Part shown: positions 1-12,701 of the stretch, piece by piece | Layout: the number at the start of each line of letters is the position of its first letter | How positions within the stretch are numbered: position 1 is the stretch's first letter | Source: Candidatus Latescibacterota bacterium | Lineage (GTDB): Bacteria; JAAXHH01 | Length of the DNA stretch: 64,000 nt | Reading direction: 5' to 3' | NCBI GenBank assembly: GCA_022821085.1 | Contig: JAJEEG010000007.1 | Span: 22,916 to 86,915 of the forward strand | Notes under the pieces: generated by a model | The model's database searches: none | What the model was told of the DNA's origin: nothing | What the model saw: the letters and a program-made list of their open reading frames with translations, nothing else | Position numbers and translations under genes: made by a program

Positions 1-846
1 GCCCAGCGGCAGGGCGCCCACGTCGCCCATGAAGACCTGGGCGGGATAGGCGTTGTACCAGAGAAACCCCATGCAGGCGCCGAAGACCCCGGCGCAGATC
101 ACCGTCAGCTCGCCGCTGCCCGGCAGGAAGGTGAACTGCAGGTAGCCCGAGTAGATCGCGTTTCCGATGACGTAGGCGAACACCCCGTACACGACCACCG
201 TAAACGAGACCGGCACAATGGACAGTCCGTCCAGGCCGTCGGCGAAATTCACCGCGTTGGCGATGGCCACGATGACGAAGGCGATGAAGGGCAGGTACCA
301 CCAGCCCAGGTCGAGGACGGGGTCTTTCACGAAGGGGAGATAGAGTTCGGAGGCGATTTCGGCCGACACGGGCGACAGGCCGGGCAGCAGGAAGACCAGG
401 CCGAAACCGAGGCCGAAGACCGCCTGGAAGAAGAGCTTGGTGGCCTGGGACAGCCCACGGTCGCTGTCCCGGTGCCGGACCTTCCGGTAGTCGTCGATGA
501 ATCCGAACAGGGAGAACCAGATCAGGGCGCACAGGAAGACCAGGGTGAAGCGGTTGAAAAGGTCGCTCCACAGCAGCACGCTGGCGAAGATGGCCGCGAC
601 GATCAGCAGGCCGCCCATGAGCGGCGTGCCGGCCTTCGAGGCGGAGGAAAGCGCGCCGTGCGACCGGGGATTGTCCCGCACGTGGTTCACGTACAGCAGG
701 CGGATGATACGCTGGCCGAAAAGCAACGTGACGCCGAACCCCGTCAGCGCCGCGCAGATCGCGCGGAAACTCAGGTACTGGAAGAGGCGCAGAAACGACA
801 GCGCGTCGACGGTATCGAAGAGATAAGTGACGAGGTGATAGATCAT
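1..846 (-). CDS. mraY: phospho-N-acetylmuramoyl-pentapeptide transferase MraY (N-terminal part; C-terminus runs off the window start)
   Basis: My own reverse-strand translation from ATG at 846 gives MIYHLVTYLFDTVDALSFLRLFQYLSFR...FIDDYRKV...ANAVNFADGLDGL...WYNAYPAQVFMGDVGALPLG. It is multi-TM with MraY signature motifs. It is absent from the ORF track because it is edge-truncated. Confidence 0.9.
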   Translation of the reverse strand, partial: MIYHLVTYLFDTVDALSFLRLFQYLSFRAICAALTGFGVTLLFGQRIIRLLYVNHVRDNPRSHGALSSASKAGTPLMGGLLIVAAIFASVLLWSDLFNRFTLVFLCALIWFSLFGFIDDYRKVRHRDSDRGLSQATKLFFQAVFGLGFGLVFLLPGLSPVSAEIASELYLPFVKDPVLDLGWWYLPFIAFVIVAIANAVNFADGLDGLSIVPVSFTVVVYGVFAYVIGNAIYSGYLQFTFLPGSGELTVICAGVFGACMGFLWYNAYPAQVFMGDVGALPLG

Positions 847-853
847 GGGGCGC

Positions 854-3136
854 TCACGAGTTTTCCTGTTGTTGGCGGATCATGCCGGTCAGCCGGTTCA
901 GCGTCCGCTTGATCGGAAAGTCCGGATCGAAGTGGTTCGATGTGACCAGGATACCGTCGAGCTCTTCGCGCAGTCCGTCCAGGTCGACGATCATCCTCCG
1001 CCCGACCAGGTCGGCAAGGGCGTCGATGACGGCCTGTCGCACCTTCCCGTTCGGGTCCTGGTAGAATGGCCTGAGCCATTCGGTGACGGTGCCGTCGCCC
1101 ATCCGGCCCAGGGCGCATATGGCTGCGGACCGGATCTCGAAGGACGATTCCCGCAAAAGGCCGCTTAGTCCGTTCAGTACCGCCGCGTCCCTCTCTCCAT
1201 CAGCGTCCACCGTTTCCGGACCTTGGGCGAGGTCGGCAAAAGCCAGGGCCGCGGCGGACCGCACTTCGTAATAGGGATCCGCCAGCAGGTCCAGCAGCAC
1301 GGCGCGCACCGGTGCATCGTACACGCCGAGCCGGCCGATCGCCGTCACGGCGTTGCGGCGGATGAAGCCGACCTGCCGGTAGTCGCCGCCGAGGAGTCGC
1401 TGGAAGAAGGGCGCCGGCGTCCGGTCTCGCAGCAGTGCGAGGAGGAAGGGCAGGCGGTCGTGGTAGCCAAGCAGGCCGGCCAGCTTCACGCCCTCGTTCC
1501 GGATGGGCCACCGCCCGTCCTTGAGGAATCCGTCGACACGGTACTTGAGGTAGTCTTCGCCCACGGACTCGATGAAGGCCTCGTCGCGTCCTTCCGCGAA
1601 ACGCCGGACCAGTGCAAAGGGGGAGAGCGCGGAGACCGGCGGCCGGTCTGGGTTGCCTGGGTTGACTGGGTTGCCTGGGTCGCCCGGGTTGCCTGGGTTG
1701 CCTGGGTCGCCCGGGCCGCCTTGTCGGTCGGGTTGTCCGTTGGAACGAACGTGGTCCGCCGGCCGGTCTGAGTGGTCCGGGTGGTCCAGGCTGTCCGCGT
1801 GAGCCGGGCTGTCCGGGCTGTCCGCCAGCATCTGGTCCAGCTGGTCGACGATCCGGTCCAGTCCTCCGCGGTCGAAGGTCTCACGGGCCCGGCTGCTCAT
1901 GGCGGCGTGGCCGGACGGGTCGTCCAGGATTTCGAGGACCAGGCGGGCCAGACGCGCTCCGTCGACCTCGCCGATGGTCTGGCCGTCCTCCACGGAAATC
2001 GATTCGTACACGACGCGGGCCGCGCCCCTCGATTCGAGCGTCCTGGCGTTCATGGCCTGGTGGTCGCCGGGCGCGTAGGGCAGCGGCACAAGGATGGAGG
2101 GGATCCCGCAGATGCCGATCTCGGTGACGACGCCGGCGCTGGCCCTGCCGATGACCAGGTCGCTGGCGGCGTAGAGCGTTTCGATTTCGTGGGAGTAATC
2201 CGACTGGTGGTATCTCGACAGTCGTTCGTCGTCGAGTTCGAGCCGTTCCAGGCGATTGCGGGTGTCGGCCTCGGCGTCGTAATCCGGACTTCGTGTCTGG
2301 CCGATGACGTGGATGACGTGGATGTCCGGCCGGGACAGCAACCCGGGCAGCGCGTCGACCACGGCCCGGTTGATGGACCGGGCGCCTGACGAAGCGCCGA
2401 AGGCGAATACGACCTTCGCGTCGGCCGGCAGACCCTGCGAGACCCGTGCGGCGTCCCTGGAAATGGCGCCGATCTCCCGCCGTACCGGGTAGCCCGCCCA
2501 CGTCGTCTTTTCTGGCGGGAAATACCGCAGCGACGCTTCGAAGGAAACCCCGATGCGGTCCGCGATGCGGCCAGCGAGCCGGTTGACTTTGCCGGGCACG
2601 ACGTTCTGCTCGTGGACGAAACATCTACAGGCGCCCGAGAGACGGAGCGATTTGAGTATCCAGTGGGCCAGGAGGACCGGGCTGCTGGCGTAGCCGCCCG
2701 TGGCCACGATCATGCGGGGCCGGCGTCTCAACAGATGAAACAGGCTCTGGAGGACGCCGAAGCCGGTGCTGATTGCGAAGCGCAGGAGCGCGAACGGCCG
2801 CCTGCCCGACGGCAGCCCGCGGGCATGGACCAGGTGGATCGGATAGCCCCGCTTCGGCACGAGGGAGGCTTCCATTCTGCCCCGCGCACCGACGTACACG
2901 ATGCGGGCTTCGGGGTTCCGATTCCGCACCTCGTCGGCGATGGCCAGCCCGGGATAGACGTGGCCGCCCGTGCCGCCCCCGGTGAACAGGTAGGTCAATG
3001 GACGCGAACCGGTCTCCGCCTTTGGCGTTGCCGCAGCGACCTCCGTCTTCCGCGTTTGCGCGGTTACCTCCGGATTCACCTCATCCGGTGGTCGTTCCGC
3101 ATCCTGTTTCGAGGTGATCTGAGACATGGCGGGCAT
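854..3136 (-). CDS. murG: MurG-like glycosyltransferase fused to a C-terminal HEAT-repeat domain
   Basis: ORF track 854..3187 (777 aa). The N-half has the MurG G-loop FTGGGTGGHVYPGLAIADE and a GT28-like C-domain. A Gly/Asn/Pro linker follows. The last ~260 aa carry HEAT/PBS-lyase-like repeats (YYEVRSAAALAFADL, SFEIRSAAICALGRMGD, NGKVRQAVIDALADL). The start is ambiguous (TTG 3187, ATG 3136, ATG 3127); I chose 3136. Confidence 0.8.
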   Translation of the reverse strand: MPAMSQITSKQDAERPPDEVNPEVTAQTRKTEVAAATPKAETGSRPLTYLFTGGGTGGHVYPGLAIADEVRNRNPEARIVYVGARGRMEASLVPKRGYPIHLVHARGLPSGRRPFALLRFAISTGFGVLQSLFHLLRRRPRMIVATGGYASSPVLLAHWILKSLRLSGACRCFVHEQNVVPGKVNRLAGRIADRIGVSFEASLRYFPPEKTTWAGYPVRREIGAISRDAARVSQGLPADAKVVFAFGASSGARSINRAVVDALPGLLSRPDIHVIHVIGQTRSPDYDAEADTRNRLERLELDDERLSRYHQSDYSHEIETLYAASDLVIGRASAGVVTEIGICGIPSILVPLPYAPGDHQAMNARTLESRGAARVVYESISVEDGQTIGEVDGARLARLVLEILDDPSGHAAMSSRARETFDRGGLDRIVDQLDQMLADSPDSPAHADSLDHPDHSDRPADHVRSNGQPDRQGGPGDPGNPGNPGDPGNPVNPGNPDRPPVSALSPFALVRRFAEGRDEAFIESVGEDYLKYRVDGFLKDGRWPIRNEGVKLAGLLGYHDRLPFLLALLRDRTPAPFFQRLLGGDYRQVGFIRRNAVTAIGRLGVYDAPVRAVLLDLLADPYYEVRSAAALAFADLAQGPETVDADGERDAAVLNGLSGLLRESSFEIRSAAICALGRMGDGTVTEWLRPFYQDPNGKVRQAVIDALADLVGRRMIVDLDGLREELDGILVTSNHFDPDFPIKRTLNRLTGMIRQQQENS
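1649..1714. repeat. in-frame 9/18-nt tandem repeat (gggttgcctgggtcgccc-like units) encoding the GNPGDPGNPGNPGDPGNPVNPGNP linker of the MurG fusion
   Basis: Direct reading: ggttgcctgggttgactgggttgcctgggtcgcccgggttgcctgggttgcctgggtcgcccggg. Confidence 0.8.
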
Positions 3137-3592
3137 TCCGCTATCGGCAACGCTGGCACCCGGGAGTGACGCGACGACCTGTACCAAATGGACGTTGGTT
3201 GGTCACTTCGGTTCCGGAATGCGTACGATTAGAATCGAGGTCACCGCCACGACACAAAGCGCCAGAGGCCGCTTTATGTGGGGTAAAGGGGAATGTAGGG
3301 GAATGCGGGGTACTGTCAAGCCGTATTGTGACTTCATCAGACCGATCGGGCGGAGGCGTCTTTCCCGTCGCAGCATGCGTCGGAACTGCGAATAACGATG
3401 GATGTCGCGGATCCGGTTTAGCCAGTCGGAAATTACGCTACGAGGTTCTGCGCTCAGGTTTTGACTATACATTAATAAGGGGCAGGATTCGGTGGGGGAC
3501 AGGACCCGGAGAGAGACACGACCCGGAATCGGTTTAGCGTGGATCGTGGATTTAGATCGACATAAATATGTTTAGTAGATATGTTTTTACGC

Positions 3593-3841
3593 ATGCGTAC
3601 AACGATTCACATCGACGACAGCCTGTTAGCGGAATTAAAGGGCATCGCGGCACGTACCGGCAGGACGCTGACCGCCGTCATAAACGACGCGCTGCGAGAC
3701 TCCCTGTCACGCCGCCGCAACGCGAAACGGCCCCCGGTCAAACTGCAGGTGTTCCACGGGACAGGGATCATGCCCGGGGTTGATCTGAGCGATTCGGACT
3801 CTCTGCTCGAAATCATGGAGAAGCACGAGGGTCCTTCCTGA
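3593..3841 (+). CDS. vapB: VapB-family type II antitoxin (ribbon-helix-helix)
   Basis: ORF 3581..3841. MRTTIHIDDSLLAELKGIAARTGRTLTAVINDALRDSL is a typical VapB N-terminus. I prefer ATG 3593 over 3581. Confidence 0.75.
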   Translation: MRTTIHIDDSLLAELKGIAARTGRTLTAVINDALRDSLSRRRNAKRPPVKLQVFHGTGIMPGVDLSDSDSLLEIMEKHEGPS

Positions 3842-3842
3842 C

Positions 3843-3947
3843 GTGAACGTCCTTGTGGGGCGGACCGCAACGATGTATTGAATCACGCTCGACCGGGACT
3901 TCGCGCGCTTCGACGGACTTCGATGGAGCCGCCCACCGTCCGCGTAA
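3843..3947 (+). pseudogene. VapC (PIN) toxin remnant with a large internal deletion
   Basis: Directly after the vapB stop the sequence reads GTG-NVLVGRTATMY-stop, then in the same frame ITLDRDFARFDGLRWSRPPSA-stop. The N-terminal (D)VNVLV motif and the C-terminal T.D.DF.RF.GL motif of VapC are present, but only about 35 codons remain of roughly 130. Confidence 0.6.
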
Positions 3948-3980
3948 ACCACGGAGCAATAATCCACGGAGCCTGAAACC

Positions 3981-4400
3981 ATGTCCGATCTCAAGACCCG
4001 GCCCACCGGCGCGAGCGTCGAAGCCTTCATTGACGCGGTGGAACACCCGCGCAGGCGCGAGGACGCGCGTACATTACTGGAGCTCATGCATCGGGTGACG
4101 GGCGAAGAACCCGTGATGTGGGGACCGTCGATCGTGGGGTACGGAAGCTACCACTACCGGTACGCGAGCGGACAGGAAGCCGACTGGCCCGTCGTGGGGT
4201 TCTCGCCGCGCAAACAGAACCTGTCGATTTACATCATGACCGGATTCGAAGCGTCCGACGCGTTGCTTTCCCGGCTGGGAAAGCACAAGACCGGCAAGTC
4301 CTGCCTGTACGTCAACAAGCTGGCCGACGTGGACCTGGAGGTGCTGGAAACTCTGGTGCGTGCGTCGGTCACGGAGATGAAAAGAATGTATCCGGAATGA
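3981..4400 (+). CDS. DUF1801 (YdhG-like) domain protein
   Basis: 139-aa ORF. VEAFIDAVEHPRRREDARTLLELM...WGPSIVGYGSYHYRYASGQEADWPVVGFSPRKQNLSIY is typical of the DUF1801 family. Confidence 0.7.
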   Translation: MSDLKTRPTGASVEAFIDAVEHPRRREDARTLLELMHRVTGEEPVMWGPSIVGYGSYHYRYASGQEADWPVVGFSPRKQNLSIYIMTGFEASDALLSRLGKHKTGKSCLYVNKLADVDLEVLETLVRASVTEMKRMYPE

Positions 4401-4534
4401 CTGGAAAGACGGCTCGGAATCCCCGAAGAGGTGATCCGGAATCCCCGGCGCGCCTTCCGTTCAGGGCAGGTTCCGCCGGGTAACGTATCACGTAAGGAAG
4501 GCCCTGTTAAGTTCACTGCAATGACCGAGTATAC

Positions 4535-4563
4535 TTGACAGATTTTGGTTTTGGGGTTATAAT
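4535..4563 (+). promoter_or_regulatory. consensus sigma70-type promoter (TTGACA-17 nt-TATAAT)
   Basis: TTGACA at 4535-4540 and TATAAT at 4558-4563 with an exact 17-nt spacer, about 75 nt upstream of the 4639 start codon. Confidence 0.5.
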
Positions 4564-4638
4564 TGTGGACGATCTGAAATCTATATATGCCGTGAATCAA
4601 GGTGGTTCAACGGTGAAACTCTTAAACGGAGGAATCCA

Positions 4639-5808
4639 ATGCGAGGAATATTCGTACTGCTGACCATGGCCCTGGTCATGGGATGCGCAACCGAGCCTGC
4701 GAACTTCGAGGAGCTCGTAGAGCGGTTGGACGCCACGGAGCAGGAAATCCGCGCCAAGCAGGAAGAGATCCAGACGACGATAGCGACGTTCAACGAATCG
4801 AATCCCGACCGGCAGGTCGATGCGGAGTCGTTGACCAACATGGCGCTGAATCCTGACCACGAAGCCGTGTTGAATGAAATGCTGGCTGGCGAGGAAGACG
4901 TATCGTACCGCGGTCTCGTGCAGGAGATCATCGATACCCGGGGCGAGGTCGCGGAACTGCAGCAGCAGATGCAGGATCTTCGAGACGATTTGCCGGCGCC
5001 CTACACGGTTGAGCGCGGCGACTCCCACATCCAGGTCGCCCTGCAATACCTCATGGAGAATCACGGCCTTTCGACAGCCGAAGCCCGTGACGTGGTCGAG
5101 CAGACCGCGCTGGTGGAGGACCTGAACGTCGGCAACCAGATCTGGCTGCTCTACACGGACGGCATCCTCGGCACGTACGTGACGCAGGGCACGGCGGACA
5201 TGTCGCCGGGCCGCGCGCAGCGCATCGCCAGGGCGCGCATCAACCGCACCATCGCGACGCTGACCGACGAGCGCGACGCGGCCGAAGCCCGGGCGGCTTT
5301 CATCGCCGATTCTCTGGGCCAGGTCAAGGACATGCTCGAGGAGCGGATCGTTTTCCTGCGCAGCGAAGAAGAACGCCTCAACGGCCAGATCGCGATGCTG
5401 TCCGACGCCCGCGACGAGGCGCTGGCCCAGCGGGACATGGAGGAGCAGGCGAAGCTTGCGGCCGAGATGAAGCTGAACTCCATTTTCTACGCGGTCAATA
5501 CCATGGATCACTGGAAAGACTCGATGGTCATCAAGGATCCGTTCTTCGGCGGCCCCCGCGTGGAATCCCTCTCCGGAGTGGACTTCGCCCAGTCCCAGGA
5601 CCTGCGTGAAGGCACGGTACTCACGATCGAACGCTCGGCCTTCCCGTCGCTGGACAGCATCAAGAAGGTGGACGTGTTCCCGCGCACCTTCAGGGACGGC
5701 CAGGACTACGTCGTCGCATTCCATCCCTCGGGCGACCGGGTATCCATCGAACTGCTCGTGCCGGATAACTTCGCCGGCCAGAACGTGCTTTTCGCCCTGA
5801 GAGACTAA
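4639..5808 (+). CDS. coiled-coil lipoprotein, function unknown (possible LysM-like segment)
   Basis: 389 aa. The signal peptide and lipobox read MRGIFVLLTMALVMGC. There are long charged heptad-like stretches. YTVERGDSHIQVAL...NVGNQIWLLY is LysM-like. Confidence 0.7.
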   Translation: MRGIFVLLTMALVMGCATEPANFEELVERLDATEQEIRAKQEEIQTTIATFNESNPDRQVDAESLTNMALNPDHEAVLNEMLAGEEDVSYRGLVQEIIDTRGEVAELQQQMQDLRDDLPAPYTVERGDSHIQVALQYLMENHGLSTAEARDVVEQTALVEDLNVGNQIWLLYTDGILGTYVTQGTADMSPGRAQRIARARINRTIATLTDERDAAEARAAFIADSLGQVKDMLEERIVFLRSEEERLNGQIAMLSDARDEALAQRDMEEQAKLAAEMKLNSIFYAVNTMDHWKDSMVIKDPFFGGPRVESLSGVDFAQSQDLREGTVLTIERSAFPSLDSIKKVDVFPRTFRDGQDYVVAFHPSGDRVSIELLVPDNFAGQNVLFALRD

Positions 5809-5857
5809 CGACCAGATTCCCATCGAACAACTTGAATCATCTATACGCAACGCAGAA

Positions 5858-5897
5858 ACGAAGGCGGGGGGCAGGCAGTCAGGCAACCCGCCTTCGT
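5858..5897 (+). terminator. perfect 11-bp stem hairpin between the lipoprotein gene and secDF
   Basis: acgaaggcggg (5858-5868) pairs with cccgccttcgt (5887-5897). There is no strong U-tract, so it may be a terminator or attenuator hairpin. Confidence 0.4.
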
Positions 5898-5917
5898 CTG
5901 CTTAGGAGCCGGGTTGC

Positions 5918-8608
5918 ATGCAGTGGAAACAGGTACGTATCGTTCTTATTCTCGTTGTAATCTTCACCGCGCTTTGGTACGTCTATCCTTCCGTCAGAAC
6001 TTCTGACTACTGGCAGTATTCTCCCTTACAGACCGCCCTTACCCCGGAACAGATCGAAGCGATCGATGCGGATCCGCTGCTGACCGAGGCGGACCGGACG
6101 CAGCTCAAGGATCTGAACCTGACCAAGGCCGAACGCGACCGGCTTCAGGACCAGTCCATCCGCCAGGGGCTCGACCTCCAGGGCGGCGTGCACATCAAGC
6201 TCGAGGTGGACAAGTCCAACCTGCCGAAAGAGGAAGCCGTAGACGTCGTGGAACGGGCCATGCAGGTCATCTCGAACCGCGTCAACGAATTCGGCGTCAC
6301 CGAACCGATCATCCAGCAGGAGGGCGAAGACCGCATCATCGTCGAGTTGCCGGGACTCAGGGACATCGACCGGGCCATGACGCTGATCAACCAGACCGCC
6401 CAGCTGGAGTTCAGGCTGCTGCGCGAGGGCAGCGAGCTTCGTTCGGTCGTCGAGCGCATCGACGCCCTGCTGGCGGCCCGCGATACCACGAGCGTCCCGG
6501 CGGATACGAGCGCCCTGATTCCCGAAGCGAACGTCACGGCGGAACGCAACCCCTTTCTGTCGCTGATCGACCTCTCCGACAACGAGATCATCGTACCGGC
6601 GAGCAATACCGCCCGCGTAGACGAAATCCTGGCCCAGCCCCAGGTGCAGAACTTCATTCCGGCCGGCGCGGAGATCCGGGCCGGCGTGATGCGGACGACG
6701 GCCAGCGGACAGCGCGTCAGGTCCTATTACTACATGAACGCCCAGCCGGAACTGACCGGCGCCGTACTGGCGGACGCCTTCCCGCAGACCGGGTCAGGCT
6801 CCGACATCGGCAGCATGGGCGTGGCGTCGGTCGGCTTCACGACCACGGACGACGGCGCCAGGACCTTCTCCCGCGTTACGGGGAACAACATCGGCCGGCG
6901 CCTGGCGATCGTGCTGGACGGCCGGGTGTTCTCCGCGCCGGTCATCCAGGGACGCATCCCCAACGGCCGGGGCGAGATCACCGGCATCAACTCGCTGGAG
7001 GAGGCCAGGGACCTCTCCATCGTGTTGCGCGCCGGCGCCCTGCCCGCGCCCATGGAGATCATCAGCAAGTACGTCGTGGGACCGTCCCTGGGCGAGGACG
7101 CCATCAACTCCGGCAAGTGGGCTTCGATCCTGGGCCTCATCGCCGTCATGATCTTCATGGCGGTGTATTACCGGACGGCCGGCTTCATCGCCAATTTCGC
7201 CCTGATCCTGAACCTCCTCTTCCTGCTGGCCGTCCTCGGCGCCTTCCAGGCGACGCTGACGCTGCCCGGCATCGCGGGGATCATATTGACCATGGGCATG
7301 TCGGTGGACGCCAACATCCTCATCTTCGAACGGATCAAGGAAGAACTCAGGGCCGGAGGGAAGACGATCCGGCAGTCCGTGGACAGCGGCTACGGGAACG
7401 CGCTCCGCACCATCGTGGACGCCAATATCACCACCCTGATCACCGCCTTCGCCCTGTACGAATTCGGGACCGGCCCCATCAAGGGATTCGCCGTGACGCT
7501 GGGATTCGGCATCCTGATCAGCATGTTCACGGCCATCTTCATCACGCGGTCCCTCTTCGACGCCCTCATCGACCGGTGGCAGCTCGCCCAGGTCAGCATC
7601 GGCCGGACAGACCCCTTCGGGCGCCTGTTCTTCGGATTCATGCGGTTCGGCAAAGCGGCCTTCGTCATCACCTGGTGCGTGATCGTGGTCGGCCTGGGGA
7701 CCATCGTCGTACGCGGCGGGGTGAACTGGGGCGTGGATTTTCAAAGCGGGTCATTAATCGAGATGCAGTTCGATCCCCCGGTGCAGGTACAGGATATTCG
7801 CGGCGCCCTGGGTAACGTCACCATCGAGGACCAGGCCGTCGACCTGAGCCAGAGCGAGATCAAGGTGATCGGCGAGGAGGACAATATCCTGATCCGGGCG
7901 GCCGCCAGCGACTGGAACGAGCAGCAGATCGCATCGGCCGTGAAAACGACGCTCCGGGAACAGTTCCCCGAGAACCTCAGGGGCACTGAAGACGACTGGC
8001 TGCGACAGGAATACAACGTCAGCCCGAAAATCGGCAAGGAACTCACGGTCGACGCCATGGGCGCCGTGGGGGCCTCCATCATCGGCATCGTCCTCTACAT
8101 CACCATCCGGTTCCGGCAGGTCAACGGGTTCCGGTTCGGGATCGGGACGATCGTCGCGCTGATCCACGACGTGCTCATCGTGCTGGCCATGCTCACCCTC
8201 GTGGGCGAGGAGCTCACCATGGCGGTCGTGGCGGCCCTGCTTACCGTCGTGGGGTATTCGACGAATGACACCATCGTGGTATACGACCGCATCAGGGAAA
8301 GCCTGGGCCGAACCCGGACGGAAGGGTTTTCGGGCGTGGTGGACCGCAGCATCAACGAATGCCTGAACCGGACCATGATGACGTCGCTCACCGTACTGCT
8401 GGTCCTGGTCTTCCTGCTGGCCGGCAGCACGTCGACCAACTGGGGATTCGCCCTGGCGCTGACCTTCGGCGTCGTCACCGGAACCTATTCCTCGATTTTC
8501 ATCGCCAGTCCCATCGTGGTCTGGTGGCAGAACTGGATAGCGAAGAAGCGCGAGGAAATCCGACGCGCCCGGAAATCACCGCGGTCGAAAGTCGCCCGCG
8601 CCGGCTAG
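5918..8608 (+). CDS. secDF: protein translocase subunit SecDF (fused)
   Basis: 896 aa. It has an N-terminal TM helix, a large periplasmic domain and two 6-TM blocks with SecD/SecF motifs (GLDLQGG, GPSLG, MSVDANILIFERIKEE, YSTNDTIVVYDRIRE). Confidence 0.92.
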   Translation: MQWKQVRIVLILVVIFTALWYVYPSVRTSDYWQYSPLQTALTPEQIEAIDADPLLTEADRTQLKDLNLTKAERDRLQDQSIRQGLDLQGGVHIKLEVDKSNLPKEEAVDVVERAMQVISNRVNEFGVTEPIIQQEGEDRIIVELPGLRDIDRAMTLINQTAQLEFRLLREGSELRSVVERIDALLAARDTTSVPADTSALIPEANVTAERNPFLSLIDLSDNEIIVPASNTARVDEILAQPQVQNFIPAGAEIRAGVMRTTASGQRVRSYYYMNAQPELTGAVLADAFPQTGSGSDIGSMGVASVGFTTTDDGARTFSRVTGNNIGRRLAIVLDGRVFSAPVIQGRIPNGRGEITGINSLEEARDLSIVLRAGALPAPMEIISKYVVGPSLGEDAINSGKWASILGLIAVMIFMAVYYRTAGFIANFALILNLLFLLAVLGAFQATLTLPGIAGIILTMGMSVDANILIFERIKEELRAGGKTIRQSVDSGYGNALRTIVDANITTLITAFALYEFGTGPIKGFAVTLGFGILISMFTAIFITRSLFDALIDRWQLAQVSIGRTDPFGRLFFGFMRFGKAAFVITWCVIVVGLGTIVVRGGVNWGVDFQSGSLIEMQFDPPVQVQDIRGALGNVTIEDQAVDLSQSEIKVIGEEDNILIRAAASDWNEQQIASAVKTTLREQFPENLRGTEDDWLRQEYNVSPKIGKELTVDAMGAVGASIIGIVLYITIRFRQVNGFRFGIGTIVALIHDVLIVLAMLTLVGEELTMAVVAALLTVVGYSTNDTIVVYDRIRESLGRTRTEGFSGVVDRSINECLNRTMMTSLTVLLVLVFLLAGSTSTNWGFALALTFGVVTGTYSSIFIASPIVVWWQNWIAKKREEIRRARKSPRSKVARAG

Positions 8609-8613
8609 CGCAA

Positions 8614-8651
8614 CCCCGCGCCGATCAGCGTCGCCCCGCGCCGGTCAGCGT
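8614..8651. repeat. two tandem ~19-nt direct repeats (ccccgcgccgRtcagcgt) downstream of secDF
   Basis: Direct reading of the 8611-8655 intergenic spacer. Confidence 0.5.
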
Positions 8652-8653
8652 AA

Positions 8654-11625
<2,972 letters not shown>

Positions 11626-11673
11626 TGTGTCCGTGTACCGGACGTGAAACCATCTCGGAGAGGGCGTGACCAT

Positions 11674-12699
11674 ATGAACAAGTACCGGGCAGGCTTCATC
11701 GGTTGCGGCGGCATCGCCACCGCCCACGCGAACGGATACCGCCACGCCGGTAACGCCGAGATCGAACTGGTCGCCGGATCGGACATCAACCCGGAAGGGG
11801 AGAAGGCACAGCATCTCGCCCGGGAACACGGCATCCGGCTGTACGCGGACCACCGCGAAATGCTGGAGCGGGAGCAGCTCGACCTGGTGAGCGTATGCAC
11901 CTGGCCCCGCGGACACTGCGAAGCCACGATCGCGGCGGCGGAAAGCGGTGCGAAGGGCATCCTGTGCGAGAAGCCCATGGCCGTCTCCCTGGACGAGGCC
12001 GACCGGATGATCGAGGCCTGCGAGCAAGCCGGCGCCGCCCTCGCCATCGGCCACGCCCACCGTTTTTCGCCCCAGGCCGTTCAGGCGCGCGCATGGGTCC
12101 AGGCCGGGGAAATCGGAGAGGTCGCCATGATCTGGGGCCACTGCACCCTGGACCTGATGAACAACGGCACGCACGTCATCGACCTGATCAGCTACCTGAA
12201 CGGCGACAGCCCGCCCCGGTGGGTCATGGGCCAGATCGACCGCCGCAACCAGATCGAAGGTCGGCGCAACCATCCGGACATGCCGGCCGAAGACATGGCG
12301 ATCGGGCGGGTCGGCTACGAAAACGGCGTCGTGGGCTTCGTCGAACTGGGCGAACGGGCGAGCCAGTCCTTCTCCTTCCGGATCATCGGCTCCGACGGTG
12401 TCATTGAAGTAAACAGTCCCGACGGACCTCCGCTTAAAATGCTGTCCAGCTACCGTTCGGACGGATGGCACGTGCCACAACTGGAAGAAACTTATTCCAA
12501 TGTCTGCGGCGAGCTGGAGGAACTGGTCTCCACCGTGGAAGGCCGCGCCGCCCACCGGTCCGAGGCGAAGATCGCCCGCGCGGCCCTGGAGACCATCATG
12601 GGCATCTTCGAGTCCTCCGCACGGCGTCGCGTCCTGGAATTTCCCATCGACGTCGGCGATTTCGTCCTGGAACGCATGGTCAGGGAAGGCATGGTGTAA
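11674..12699 (+). CDS. Gfo/Idh/MocA family oxidoreductase
   Basis: ORF 11644..12699. The Rossmann N-terminus is [19 protein letters not shown] and the EKP motif is [18 protein letters not shown] 11674 is preferred. Confidence 0.85.
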   Translation: MNKYRAGFIGCGGIATAHANGYRHAGNAEIELVAGSDINPEGEKAQHLAREHGIRLYADHREMLEREQLDLVSVCTWPRGHCEATIAAAESGAKGILCEKPMAVSLDEADRMIEACEQAGAALAIGHAHRFSPQAVQARAWVQAGEIGEVAMIWGHCTLDLMNNGTHVIDLISYLNGDSPPRWVMGQIDRRNQIEGRRNHPDMPAEDMAIGRVGYENGVVGFVELGERASQSFSFRIIGSDGVIEVNSPDGPPLKMLSSYRSDGWHVPQLEETYSNVCGELEELVSTVEGRAAHRSEAKIARAALETIMGIFESSARRRVLEFPIDVGDFVLERMVREGMV

Positions 12700-12701
12700 T
12701 T

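Noticed and set aside
12465-12701. The long N-terminal extension of the YyaL ORF given in the ORF track (start at 12465).
   Set aside because: The extension overlaps the 3' end of the oxidoreductase gene in another frame and is Arg/Pro-rich. The conserved family N-terminus begins just after an in-frame TTG at 12702.
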